A DNA stretch of 62,039 nucleotides from Draconibacterium orientale (lineage in GTDB: Bacteria > Bacteroidota > Bacteroidia > Bacteroidales > JAADGE01), in the NCBI GenBank assembly GCA_022729995.1, contig DZBS01000003.1:1-62039 (forward strand). The letters run 5' to 3'. Position numbers and translations under genes: made by a program. Shown here one piece after another: positions 29,643-39,458 of the stretch. How positions within the stretch are numbered: the stretch's first letter is position 1; every line of letters starts with the position of its first letter. The notes below the pieces were generated by a model. It did no database searches and was not told the origin of the DNA. It saw only the letters and a program-made list of their open reading frames with translations.

Positions 29643-32408
29643 ATGAATTTCAACAATAAAAAATACATGATAATTGCGGCTGCAATTGTTGTTGTAGTAA
29701 TTATTTTGGCATCAATATTTATCGGAAAAGGAAAAACACAAATTTTTCCGGCAATAAATGCTGTTCCCGAAAAAGCAATTTTAATAATGGAAACCGATAA
29801 ACTTCCGGAATTATTAACAGCATTAAAAGACGATATTTCACTTTTTAGTTTATTGTCGCAAAGCTCATTATTTCAGAGTTCATATAAAGAAATTTTCATG
29901 ATAGATTCTTCATTCAATAAAAATAAAGATTTGAAGAGTTTTTTTGAAAACAGAAAAATAATAATTTCGTCGCATATAGTTAGTAACAAGGAAAATTCAT
30001 TAATTCTAATTGCTCCTGCAAATGCTTCCGACCCCGAAAATTTAAAAAAAATACTTACTAAATTCTCGTTAAAAAAAATCCAAATTCAATCTTTAAAATA
30101 TGATAATGCAGTAATAACAAGCATTTCGGAAGTAGACAATTCGGATTATAAAATTTATTATTCGTTTTACGACGGATATTTTTTATTGAGTTATTCCGAC
30201 ATCTTATTGCAAAATTCAATTAGAAGAATCGACAGCAATTACTCACTTTCAAAAGATAAAAACTTTAATGAATTATACGGATTTATAAAATCGCAGAGCA
30301 TTGCCAAAATTTTCATTAATTACGAAAATGTTTTAAAATCATCGGGAACGTCAATAAACGAAAAAGAACTTAAAAGATTTGGTTTCCTATATAATTTTGC
30401 CGATTGGACAGGTTTGGATATAAATATCGCAAACAATAAAATTGAAATGAGCGGTTATACAGTTACAAAACCCGATGCTCAATATTTGAATATTTTTAAA
30501 GAAATTGAACCCGATAACACCGAATTATTTAAAATTCTTCCAAAAAAAACTTCTTCTTTTTTAATATTGAATATAAAAAACGGTGTATTTTTTAATTCTA
30601 AACTTGAGACATATTTGTCGGAAGTAAAAAAAATAAAACAACACAAAGCATATATTGATAAATTCTACGAAACTTTTAAAATTAGCAAAAAAAGCATGGA
30701 TTTTTATTCCAAAATTGGAAACGAAATTGCTTTTGTAGATGAAGATGTTAATAAAAACGGAATAAATCACAATTCATTTTGTTTCATTAAAATTACAGAT
30801 ACCGATTTTTATCCCAATTTTTTTGATAAAATAAATAACAATTTTTGTAAGGCAAACAATTTAAATTCGTCCAATTATAAAAAAGATATTATTGTGAATG
30901 ATGAAAAATATAAAATATTCAAACTTCATTCAGACATTATTCCGTTGATATTTTTTGGTTCAATTTTCGAAACCTTAAGTGCACAATATGTAACATTTAC
31001 TGATAAATATTTAATTTTTGGAGAAACCGAAAATGCCTTAACAGATTTATTGGTTTCATATCAAACCGGACAATCTCTTAACGAATTTTCCGATGATATA
31101 AATTTAATAAAATCGGTAACCGACGAAACAAATATTTTCTTCTATACCAATATTTTTCATAATAAAAATATTTACAAAAAATATTTAAACGGCTCATATT
31201 CACAGAAATTAGAAAACGATTCAAAAATTATAGGAAAGATAAAAGGTCCCATAATTCAATATATTTCAGATTCATATCCGATTTACACAACCGTGAATTT
31301 TGAAACAGATATTGCTCCGCCGAATATTGCGGAAACAGTTTGGGAAACTAAACTCGACTCAAGTTTAATTACAACTCCTTTCATTGTTACAAATCATAAT
31401 ACCAATGAAAAAGAAATTTTTGTGCAAGACGCAAAAAATAAAATCTATTTGATAGACAGATTTGGAAATATTATTTGGAAAAGACAACTTTCGGAAAAAA
31501 TTATAAGCAATGTTTTTCAAATAGATTATTTTGAAAACAATAAACTTCAATTAATATTTAACACAAAATCCGAAATTCATACATTCGACAGAAACGGAAA
31601 TTACGTTGAAGGATATCCGGTTAAATTAAAATCGCCGGCTACAAACGGCTTAACAGTTGTTGACTACGAAAACAACAGAGATTACAGAATATTTATTGCA
31701 ACCGAAAACAAAAAAGTTTTATTGCTCGACAAAACATGCAAATTAATTGAAGGTTGGAATTTTGGAACAACAAAAAATACTGTTTCAAAAGAAATAAAAT
31801 TCTATAGTGCTTTTGGAAAAGATTATATTACTTTTAATGATATTTCAAATGTTTATATAGTTGACAGAAAAGGCGAAATGCGTGTGAAACCGATTACAGC
31901 CTTCCCTATCGGAAAAAACAGCGAAGTGTTTTTTGAACAACGAGAAGACGAAAAAAATTCGCGGTTTGTAATTACAAATCCCGAAGGAACATTATATTAT
32001 ATTTATTTAGACGGAAACGTGAAAAAAATGCAAATCGAAAAATATTCCGATTTACATTATTTCAGTTCTTACGACTTAAACGGCGACAATAATCCGGAAT
32101 ATCTTTTTACCGATAATAACCAAACCGATGTTTATAATTACAAAAAAGAAAGATTATTTTCGTATACATATTCGGACAAAGTTCTTTATCAACCAAGATT
32201 ATTCAAATTTTCGGAAACAAATAATAAAATTGGAGCCACATCTTTAAACGGAAAAGTATATTTAATAAACAACGACGGAACTATTTTAAAAGGGTTTCCG
32301 CTAATCGGCACAAGCGATTTCAGAATTTCAAAAATGACAAAAGATTCAGAATTTAGCATTATTGTCGGAGGTAAAGGCAACTATATTTACAAATACAATG
32401 TCTTGTAA
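29643..32408 (+). CDS. Large membrane-anchored hypothetical protein (DUF3352-like region, probable C-terminal beta-propeller)
   Basis: N-terminal TM anchor; C-terminal repeats (YLIDRFG..IW, GYPV, GFPL, DLNGDNNPE). Confidence 0.55.
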   Translation: MNFNNKKYMIIAAAIVVVVIILASIFIGKGKTQIFPAINAVPEKAILIMETDKLPELLTALKDDISLFSLLSQSSLFQSSYKEIFMIDSSFNKNKDLKSFFENRKIIISSHIVSNKENSLILIAPANASDPENLKKILTKFSLKKIQIQSLKYDNAVITSISEVDNSDYKIYYSFYDGYFLLSYSDILLQNSIRRIDSNYSLSKDKNFNELYGFIKSQSIAKIFINYENVLKSSGTSINEKELKRFGFLYNFADWTGLDINIANNKIEMSGYTVTKPDAQYLNIFKEIEPDNTELFKILPKKTSSFLILNIKNGVFFNSKLETYLSEVKKIKQHKAYIDKFYETFKISKKSMDFYSKIGNEIAFVDEDVNKNGINHNSFCFIKITDTDFYPNFFDKINNNFCKANNLNSSNYKKDIIVNDEKYKIFKLHSDIIPLIFFGSIFETLSAQYVTFTDKYLIFGETENALTDLLVSYQTGQSLNEFSDDINLIKSVTDETNIFFYTNIFHNKNIYKKYLNGSYSQKLENDSKIIGKIKGPIIQYISDSYPIYTTVNFETDIAPPNIAETVWETKLDSSLITTPFIVTNHNTNEKEIFVQDAKNKIYLIDRFGNIIWKRQLSEKIISNVFQIDYFENNKLQLIFNTKSEIHTFDRNGNYVEGYPVKLKSPATNGLTVVDYENNRDYRIFIATENKKVLLLDKTCKLIEGWNFGTTKNTVSKEIKFYSAFGKDYITFNDISNVYIVDRKGEMRVKPITAFPIGKNSEVFFEQREDEKNSRFVITNPEGTLYYIYLDGNVKKMQIEKYSDLHYFSSYDLNGDNNPEYLFTDNNQTDVYNYKKERLFSYTYSDKVLYQPRLFKFSETNNKIGATSLNGKVYLINNDGTILKGFPLIGTSDFRISKMTKDSEFSIIVGGKGNYIYKYNVL

Positions 32409-32442
32409 TTTGATATTGAATACATCTTATTAAAAAAATAAT

Positions 32443-32450
32443 TAACTTTG
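32443..32450 (+). promoter_or_regulatory. Bacteroidota-type -7 promoter motif (TAACTTTG)
   Basis: TAnnTTTG about 30 bp upstream of the lipoprotein at 32483. Confidence 0.5.
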
Positions 32451-32482
32451 CACATTAACCTTTTGCATAAAATATTAAAATT

Positions 32483-33718
32483 ATGAACCGGAAAAAACAC
32501 ATATCCATAATTCTGTCGTCAATGTTAATTCTTTCAGCATTTGTATTTCAGTCATGCCGTAAGAATTTTGGATTTGACGAATTTTCAAACCTAACAACAG
32601 ACTCGTTAGAATTTGACGGAAGCCTTGCAATACCGATTTTAGACACAAAATTCACACTTGAATCTTTCATTCCCGAAACAGATTCATCTATTTGGGCAGA
32701 AGTTGACGCTCAAAGCCTTATTCATATTAGAATGTATTTTAAAGATGTAATTTCTTTAAGAATGGGTCAAATATATCCAATTACTTCGAGCGGAGCACCT
32801 TCCGGAACTCCAATTCCGGCAGGAGAAACATCAGTTAGAACAGACACTTCGCAACTAAAAGTTTTTTCAAGAATGCTTGAAGGAAAACTTTTTTTTAACG
32901 ACCCAAAAATTACTTTTATAATATCGAACCAAATTCCGGTTGTTACATTTTTTAGATTAGATACTCTAATTTTTCATGATGTTGAAGGGCAATCATTATC
33001 AAATACATCAGACAAAGAATATACAATTTCGGCACCTTCAACATGGGGCGAAGTTTCAACAACAAATATTTTAATAGATAAAAATGAAATACCTGTTTTG
33101 CCCGACGTATTTTCGCCGGTTCCAAAACAAGTTTCTTTTTATATGAGTTTTGGCAGCAACGCATTACAAACATTACCTTTTGACGTAACAGGCGACGAAA
33201 TTTTAAAATTAGATGCAGACTTTGACCTTCCGCTTGATGCTCGGCTTGAAGATTTAGTTATGGGAGATACAATGAATATGGATTTTTCAAAAGGAACATT
33301 TAGCCAAATTACATCTGCTGTTTTAAAAGTTCGTTTCACAAACGGATTTCCTTTGGAAGGAAGAACTCAAATATATTTTGCAGACACGACCGCAACCGGA
33401 GAAATAAACAATATTGTAGATTCTCTTTTTGATGAGCTGAATACTGATGTTTTTGCCGACGGCTGGAGATTTGTTTCGGCAATTACAAACACTTCCGGAG
33501 TTGTTACAGAAACTTCTGTCAGCAATATTTATATTGAAATAACACAAGAAAAATTTCAAAAATTAAAAGATGCCCGAGTTGCAAAAATACTTTTGCTTTC
33601 TAAATTAAATACTTACAACAGCACTTCCGGAACATTTATAAAACTTTTATCTACGTATCAACTTGGTGTTGAGCTTGGAATGAAAGCAAATTACATTATA
33701 ACGGGTGAAGATTTTTAG
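32483..33718 (+). CDS. Hypothetical lipoprotein
   Basis: Signal peptide II (FQSC); beta-rich; NGFPL motif. Confidence 0.7.
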   Translation: MNRKKHISIILSSMLILSAFVFQSCRKNFGFDEFSNLTTDSLEFDGSLAIPILDTKFTLESFIPETDSSIWAEVDAQSLIHIRMYFKDVISLRMGQIYPITSSGAPSGTPIPAGETSVRTDTSQLKVFSRMLEGKLFFNDPKITFIISNQIPVVTFFRLDTLIFHDVEGQSLSNTSDKEYTISAPSTWGEVSTTNILIDKNEIPVLPDVFSPVPKQVSFYMSFGSNALQTLPFDVTGDEILKLDADFDLPLDARLEDLVMGDTMNMDFSKGTFSQITSAVLKVRFTNGFPLEGRTQIYFADTTATGEINNIVDSLFDELNTDVFADGWRFVSAITNTSGVVTETSVSNIYIEITQEKFQKLKDARVAKILLLSKLNTYNSTSGTFIKLLSTYQLGVELGMKANYIITGEDF

Positions 33719-33780
33719 AAAAATATCAGAATAGAAATAAAAAAATATAACTCTTTTGAGCAAAATATAAAATCATACAG

Positions 33781-35253
33781 ATGAAGAATATTATTAAAAT
33801 ATCAATTACAATAATTGCAATCACGAGCATTTTCTCTTTTAATAAAGTGAATGCTCAAAGCAATATTTTATATGGAATGGGAAATATTCCTCAAACAGTA
33901 AACACAAATCCGGCACATCAACCAAATTGCTCATTTTATTTAGGATTTCCGGCACTTTCAAATATATACGCAAATTTGAATAATTCATCGTTAACATTAA
34001 ACACAATATTTGAACCCAAACCAACAGTTCCGGATAGTTTTTTTATTGATATAAATGAAATTGAAAAACAAATAAAACCAATGAATTATTTGAATATTGA
34101 AGAAAATATTTCTTTAATTGATTTTGGTTTCAGAATTGCAAACGGTTTTTATTTTACTTTCACAATAAGCAATAAAACAACCGAAAACTTTGGATTCTCA
34201 AATAGTTTAATAGATTTACCAAAAGGAAATTTCAATGAAGCAGGACTTCCTGTTTCAATAAAATTTTATCAAAACCTCACAAATTACAACGAATATTCTG
34301 CAAGTTTATCAAAACAACTGATGAACAATTTAACAGTAGGCGCAAAAATAAAATTGCTTTCGGGAAATGCAAACTTAAAAGCATCGAAACTAAATTTAGA
34401 TTGGTACACCGAATCTGCTACCGACAGTTTATATGAATGGACTTTTAATACCGATATTGAAGTAAAAGGTTCGGCAATTGTTGATTGGGACATTGATTAT
34501 GTTGACAATAAATATGTATTTACTTACGGCGACATTAAAGATTTAACAGCAGATATTCCGTCTCTTCTATTCAGCCCAAATACAGGATTGGCTTTTGATT
34601 TTGGAGCAGAATATACATTGTTTAACAAATTAAAATTATCGGCAAGTATTATTGATTTAGGATACATAAAATGGCAAACAAATTCAAAAGTTTTAACTCA
34701 AAACGGTTCATTTAAATTTTCGGGAGTTGATTTAGAAAACTATATAACTTCAATTTCCGACATTATGAACGGCGCTAATATTAGTGATCAAATAATTCAA
34801 GATTTAAAAGATTCTGTTCTCACATTTTTAGAACCAACAATTAGTGAAGCTTCATATAAAACATCTTTAAACACAAAAGTATATATTGGAGCAAACTATT
34901 TCTTAACAAAAAAAATTGATGCCGGATTTCTTTTCAGAGGAACAATGCTCAACAGTTCATTATATTCATCATACACATTTTCTGTTAATACAAATTTTGG
35001 AAAAGGTTGGGCTTTTTCAGCAGATTATTCCATTATGTATGGTTTATACAACAACATAGGACTTGGTTTGGCATATAAAATCGGACCACTTCAAATGTAT
35101 ATTTTAACAGATAATATTTCTCCTTTTTTCTGGGCAGTTAACGAAAGTAAATTAACCGATAATTTAATCAGAAATACAAAAGGAACATCAATTCAATTTG
35201 GAATGAATTTCGTTGCATTTAAACAAAAAATTGATTACGGATTAATTGAATAA
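33781..35253 (+). CDS. DUF5723-like outer-membrane beta-barrel protein
   Basis: Signal peptide (AQ), NPA motif, GLAFDFGAEY, SASIIDLGYIKW, amphipathic strands. Confidence 0.7.
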   Translation: MKNIIKISITIIAITSIFSFNKVNAQSNILYGMGNIPQTVNTNPAHQPNCSFYLGFPALSNIYANLNNSSLTLNTIFEPKPTVPDSFFIDINEIEKQIKPMNYLNIEENISLIDFGFRIANGFYFTFTISNKTTENFGFSNSLIDLPKGNFNEAGLPVSIKFYQNLTNYNEYSASLSKQLMNNLTVGAKIKLLSGNANLKASKLNLDWYTESATDSLYEWTFNTDIEVKGSAIVDWDIDYVDNKYVFTYGDIKDLTADIPSLLFSPNTGLAFDFGAEYTLFNKLKLSASIIDLGYIKWQTNSKVLTQNGSFKFSGVDLENYITSISDIMNGANISDQIIQDLKDSVLTFLEPTISEASYKTSLNTKVYIGANYFLTKKIDAGFLFRGTMLNSSLYSSYTFSVNTNFGKGWAFSADYSIMYGLYNNIGLGLAYKIGPLQMYILTDNISPFFWAVNESKLTDNLIRNTKGTSIQFGMNFVAFKQKIDYGLIE

Positions 35254-35289
35254 TTTTAATTGACCTTTTATTAACAAATCTAATAATTT

Positions 35290-35378
35290 ATGAAACATCC
35301 ATGTAAGACTCACGAAACACAGAAGAATGATTATTCAGGATGTTCCTATGTAACCTTAAAAATTTAAAATATCAACAC
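35290..35378 (+). repeat. Start-codon-proximal hairpin element, copy 4
   Basis: ATGAAACATCC...GGATGTTCCTATGTAACC, tail, AACAC-ATGAAA at the lipoprotein start. Confidence 0.85.
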
Positions 35379-36167
35379 ATGAAAACAAAAAGTAAAATTT
35401 CAGTAATGATTCTTTCGCTTGCAATAATGATTTTTTCATTTTCATGCGAAAAACCCGCACAACCCGACAGTCAATCGGCCGAAGACGACGCAAAAGGCTC
35501 ATTGGTTGTTTCCGATGCATTTGCATTTTCTAACACAGCAGCAAACAGCGACGGAAAATCTATTCAAACAGATGATTGCTTCATAATTGCTTTTACAGGA
35601 ATTTTCCCTGAAAGAGTTATGACTTTAACATTTGACAATTGCATTACAAACGGAATAACAAGAAACGGACAAATTGTAGTTACATTAGGTTCTGTTTGGA
35701 ATGTAGGAAGCACAATGACAATTACTTTTAATCAATACACAGTAAACGGTATTTCGGTTGAAGGAACAGTTGTTGCTGATTATAGTTTAGTAACTTTAAT
35801 TCCGACATTTACGCTCTCCGAACAAAAAATGAAACTTACATTTACCGACGGAAAAACTTCAACTTGGGATTCTGAAAGAGTTTTTACAATGAATTCTGGT
35901 GCTTTAACTCCATTAATAAGAATAGACGATATTTTCTTAATTAACGGAACAAAATCCGGCGTTAACAGATACGGAGAAGAATATTCGTCGGAATATATTG
36001 AGGTTGAATCCGATAAAAGTTGCGATTGGCCAAAAAAAGGAATTGTTAAAGTTTCAAAAACCGGCGATGACCCAACTGTAATAGATTTTGATCAAGACGG
36101 AAACGCTGCTTGCGATAACATTATAAAAGTATCAAAGAACGGATTTGAATTTACGATTTCTTTATAA
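35379..36167 (+). CDS. Hypothetical lipoprotein (paralog of 36796-37575)
   Basis: MKTKSK...FSFSC lipobox; start reassigned to 35379. Confidence 0.8.
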   Translation: MKTKSKISVMILSLAIMIFSFSCEKPAQPDSQSAEDDAKGSLVVSDAFAFSNTAANSDGKSIQTDDCFIIAFTGIFPERVMTLTFDNCITNGITRNGQIVVTLGSVWNVGSTMTITFNQYTVNGISVEGTVVADYSLVTLIPTFTLSEQKMKLTFTDGKTSTWDSERVFTMNSGALTPLIRIDDIFLINGTKSGVNRYGEEYSSEYIEVESDKSCDWPKKGIVKVSKTGDDPTVIDFDQDGNAACDNIIKVSKNGFEFTISL

Positions 36168-36192
36168 TATAACATTTAAAAACATTTAAAAA

Positions 36193-36516
36193 ATGGCTAT
36201 ATTTAATATTTTCAAACTGCCGGAAAATAAAAGGTTTGAATATAAGCCAATTTATTTTGATAAACGAAAAGAAGAATTAGCAAAAAAAATTTCAGATGCA
36301 CAAAAATTAAAAGAAATTAAAGAACATAACTTTTATAAAACTGAAATTAAAGGCAAATTTAAAAGCGAATTCCAAAAAAATTCTTTATTAAGGCAGAACA
36401 GGAATTCAAATATCAGAATAGGAATTATTATAATGTTTTTAGGTTTAATATTATATTATGTTAAGATAAATAACGATTTAATTTCGAGAATGATAGAAAT
36501 ATTATACTCAAAATAA
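36193..36516 (+). CDS. Small hypothetical membrane protein
   Basis: FKLP..KRFEYKPIY N-terminus, basic middle, C-terminal TM helix after SNIR. Confidence 0.7.
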   Translation: MAIFNIFKLPENKRFEYKPIYFDKRKEELAKKISDAQKLKEIKEHNFYKTEIKGKFKSEFQKNSLLRQNRNSNIRIGIIIMFLGLILYYVKINNDLISRMIEILYSK

Positions 36517-36520
36517 TAAA

Positions 36521-36603
36521 AAGAAACTTTCGTGAAATAGCATAAAAAACTATTTTACGAAAGTTCAATGTTTTAAACTATTAAAACTTTTAAAATAGAA
36601 CAA
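36521..36603 (+). repeat. Hairpin element, degenerate copy 5 (first unit of the tandem run)
   Basis: GAAACTTTCGTGAAATAG-loop-CTATTTTACGAAAGTTC, tail ending TAAAATAGAACAA-ATGAAA. Confidence 0.7.
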
Positions 36604-36795
36604 ATGAAACTTTCTAATACGAAAAACAATGAATTATTTAAAACATAATTTCTTTAGAAAGTTCATATTTGACCTTTAAAAACAATTAAAATAGAACAAA
36701 TGAAACTTTCAAATATGAAAAACAATGAATTATTTAAAACATAATTTCTTTAGAAAGTTCCTATTTGACCTTTAAAAACAATTAAAATAGAACAA
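36604..36795 (+). repeat. Two tandem 96-bp hairpin elements (copies 6 and 7)
   Basis: Units 36604-36699 and 36700-36795 differ at 3 of 96 positions; the next ATGAAA (36796) starts the gene. Confidence 0.95.
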
Positions 36796-37575
36796 ATGAA
36801 AAAATCAACTTATTATCTGCCTGTTTTAATCGGATTACTAATTTTTACAACATTTACTTCTTGCAATAAAGACGAAGAAATTGATGCTCAAGCAGTGGAA
36901 GACAATGCAAAAGGTTCATTAGTTGTTTCAGATGCATTTGCATTTTCAAACAGTACTGCATCAGGAAAAAAATTAGCAGGCACCGAATGTTACACAACCG
37001 TAACTATCGACAACGGATTTGAACTCACATTTGACTCATGTATTTATGACGGTATTTTACGCAACGGTAAAATTATTCTTACATTATCACAAGATTGGTC
37101 GGAAGGCTCGCTTATGTCTATTGAATTCCAAGATTTTGTTTTCGACGGAAATAGAATCGACGGTAAAATTACTGCAGGATATAGAATTGATATCACCAGA
37201 TTAGATATTCTAAACGGTATTTATTTTGAAATTAAAGCCATAGACATGGTTATGGATTTTAACGACGGAACAAGTTTTTCGTGGAACTCTACAATGAATT
37301 TCGGACTTAGAATTGACGGTGTTTTACCTGTTTTTGAATATTACGGTTTTTCTTACGGAACAAACAGATTGGGCGAAGAATTTGAAACAAACTCAGAAGC
37401 AGTTCTTTTCGACAGAGCTTGCGTGTGGCCTTCTTCAGGAACTTTTACAATGAAAGTGGGAAACAAGGAAACAGTTGTTGATTTTGACGAAGACGGAACC
37501 GGAATTTGTAATAATGTAATTAAAGTTACATGTGGCGATAACACGTTGAATTTAACTTTAGAACCAAATAATTAG
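36796..37575 (+). CDS. Hypothetical lipoprotein (paralog of 35379-36167)
   Basis: FTSC lipobox followed by NKDEE; shares ED.AKGSLVVSDAFAFSN and a Cys pattern with the upstream paralog. Confidence 0.8.
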   Translation: MKKSTYYLPVLIGLLIFTTFTSCNKDEEIDAQAVEDNAKGSLVVSDAFAFSNSTASGKKLAGTECYTTVTIDNGFELTFDSCIYDGILRNGKIILTLSQDWSEGSLMSIEFQDFVFDGNRIDGKITAGYRIDITRLDILNGIYFEIKAIDMVMDFNDGTSFSWNSTMNFGLRIDGVLPVFEYYGFSYGTNRLGEEFETNSEAVLFDRACVWPSSGTFTMKVGNKETVVDFDEDGTGICNNVIKVTCGDNTLNLTLEPNN

Positions 37576-37596
37576 TTTAAATATCACAAAATCAAT

Positions 37597-37639
37597 AAAA
37601 AGGAAGAAATCTTGTTTAACAGGATTTCTTCTTTTTTTT
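37597..37639. terminator. Bidirectional intrinsic terminator
   Basis: GAAGAAATCTTGTT-T-AACAGGATTTCTTC flanked by A-run and T-run, between convergent genes. Confidence 0.78.
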
Positions 37640-37652
37640 ATTACCTAAAAAA

Positions 37653-38372
37653 CTAAACCGATTTTTTATTTTTAAAAGAAAACTTATACCCTACTCCTTT
37701 CACGGTTTTAATAAATTTTTCATCGGTTTTTTCTCTAATTTTTCTGATATGAACATCAATAGTTCTATCGCCCACAATTACATCATTTCCCCAAACTTTG
37801 CTATAAATTTCATCTCTCGAAAATATTTTTTCGGGAAATGAAGCAAGCATAAATAAAAGATTAAACTCTTTTTTGGGTAAAACTATTTCATTTCCGTTAT
37901 AAACAACAATATGATTTTCTTTATCAATTATAAGATTCTCAAATTCAATAATACTTTTAACTTCAGAATTTGAATTAACTTTTTTTAATCTTTTTAATAA
38001 AGCATTAATCTTTTTCACAAAAACTTTAGGGCTTATTGGTTTTGCAATAAAATCATCGGCTCCGGCATCGAAACCCGCAATTTGCGAATAATCTTCGGAG
38101 CGTGCGGTAAGAAAAATAATGGAAGTACTTTCGAGAACAGGAATTTGACGAATAATATTACATGTTTCAATTCCGTCCATTTCGGGCATCATAATATCCA
38201 AAACAATTAAATCGGGTAATATTTTTTGAGCTGTTTTTATTGCATCTTTTCCGGACGATTCTGAAAAAACATTGTAACCTTCCTTTTTTAAATTATAAGT
38301 TAAAAATTCAATTATATCGGTTTCGTCGTCAACCAATAAAATTTTAATTTGAGATTTAGTTTCTCTTTCCAT
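37653..38372 (-). CDS. OmpR/PhoB family response regulator (PhoB/PhoP-like)
   Basis: LLVDDE, LDIMMP, FLTARSE, wHTH RTIDVHIRKIREK...TVKGVGY. Confidence 0.93.
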   Translation of the reverse strand: MERETKSQIKILLVDDETDIIEFLTYNLKKEGYNVFSESSGKDAIKTAQKILPDLIVLDIMMPEMDGIETCNIIRQIPVLESTSIIFLTARSEDYSQIAGFDAGADDFIAKPISPKVFVKKINALLKRLKKVNSNSEVKSIIEFENLIIDKENHIVVYNGNEIVLPKKEFNLLFMLASFPEKIFSRDEIYSKVWGNDVIVGDRTIDVHIRKIREKTDEKFIKTVKGVGYKFSFKNKKSV

Positions 38373-38373
38373 T

Positions 38374-39303
38374 TTAAGCTTTTTTTAATGAAAAAGTAAA
38401 AACAGTGCCAATTTTTAGTTCACTGTCAACAAAAATTTTTTCTTGATGTGCTTCAATAATATGTTTAACAATTGATAATCCCAATCCTGTTCCTCCGGAT
38501 TTTTGTGAACGACTTTTGTCTACTCTGTAAAAACGTTCAAAAATTCTGGGCAAATCGTCTTTTGCAATACCAATTCCGTTGTCGGCAACATCAATTAATG
38601 CTTTATTATTAATATCTCTAATTCTAACTTTTGTAATTCCGTTTTGTTTTCCGTATCGAATAGAATTTGTCAGCAAATTAACCAAAATTTGAGTTATTTT
38701 TTCTCTGTCGGCAACAACATTTAATATTATTTTATCTTTAATCAAAACAAAATCTATAAATTTTTCTTGAGATTTTAAATGTAACATTTCAAAAACTTCG
38801 TTAACAAGTTCAATAATATCAAATGTTTCAAGATTTAAGTTTAAAATTCCGGATTCAATTTTTGAAATCATATCTAAATCTTCCACAATTGTAATCATTC
38901 TATTTATGTTTTTCTCGGCTCTTTCAAGATAATTTATATTAATTTCGGGGTCGTTAATTCCGCCGTCCAAAAGGGTTAAAACATAACCTTGAATATTAAA
39001 AATAGGTGTTTTAAGTTCGTGTGACACATTGCCAATAAATTCCTTTCTGTATTTTTCGTTAGCTTTCAAATTTTCAATTTCCGAATTTTTTTGTTTAAAA
39101 GAAAATTTCCTAAACTTTAAATAAAACTCTATAATGAATGGTAATATCAATGAAATAGAAACAAAATTTACAATTAATATTCCATATAAATCTAATGAAA
39201 AATATTCGGGTAAATTATCATTAATATAATTTTCAACAATAACAACTGTCATTGCAATTAATGAAACAATTAACGATAATGCAAGTTTTGAATTGAAACT
39301 CAT
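38374..39303 (-). CDS. PhoR-like sensor histidine kinase
   Basis: RKEFIGNVSHELKTP, FERFYRVDKSRS..GGTGLGL; start is ATG 39303 or TTG 39315. Confidence 0.92.
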   Translation of the reverse strand: MSFNSKLALSLIVSLIAMTVVIVENYINDNLPEYFSLDLYGILIVNFVSISLILPFIIEFYLKFRKFSFKQKNSEIENLKANEKYRKEFIGNVSHELKTPIFNIQGYVLTLLDGGINDPEININYLERAEKNINRMITIVEDLDMISKIESGILNLNLETFDIIELVNEVFEMLHLKSQEKFIDFVLIKDKIILNVVADREKITQILVNLLTNSIRYGKQNGITKVRIRDINNKALIDVADNGIGIAKDDLPRIFERFYRVDKSRSQKSGGTGLGLSIVKHIIEAHQEKIFVDSELKIGTVFTFSLKKA

Positions 39304-39308
39304 AAAAC

Positions 39309-39364
39309 TTAACAATTAATTAACATTGAAATATAAATTCCTCAATTATAATGAAATAAATTTG
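39309..39364 (+). promoter_or_regulatory. Candidate Pho-box-like direct repeat plus TAAATTTG promoter motif for the PiT transporter
   Basis: TTAACA at 39309 and 39320 (11-bp period); TAAATTTG at 39357-39364. Confidence 0.45.
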
Positions 39365-39458
39365 CAAATTGTACTTAAGCTTAAGTTTAAATAAAGCAAT
39401 AATTATAATGCGGAAAAATTCAAATTTAAACAAAATATAAGAATTTAAAATAATATTA

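Noticed and set aside
36521-36795. CRISPR array
   Set aside because: Whole 96-bp units repeat, with no unique spacers, and no cas genes are in the window
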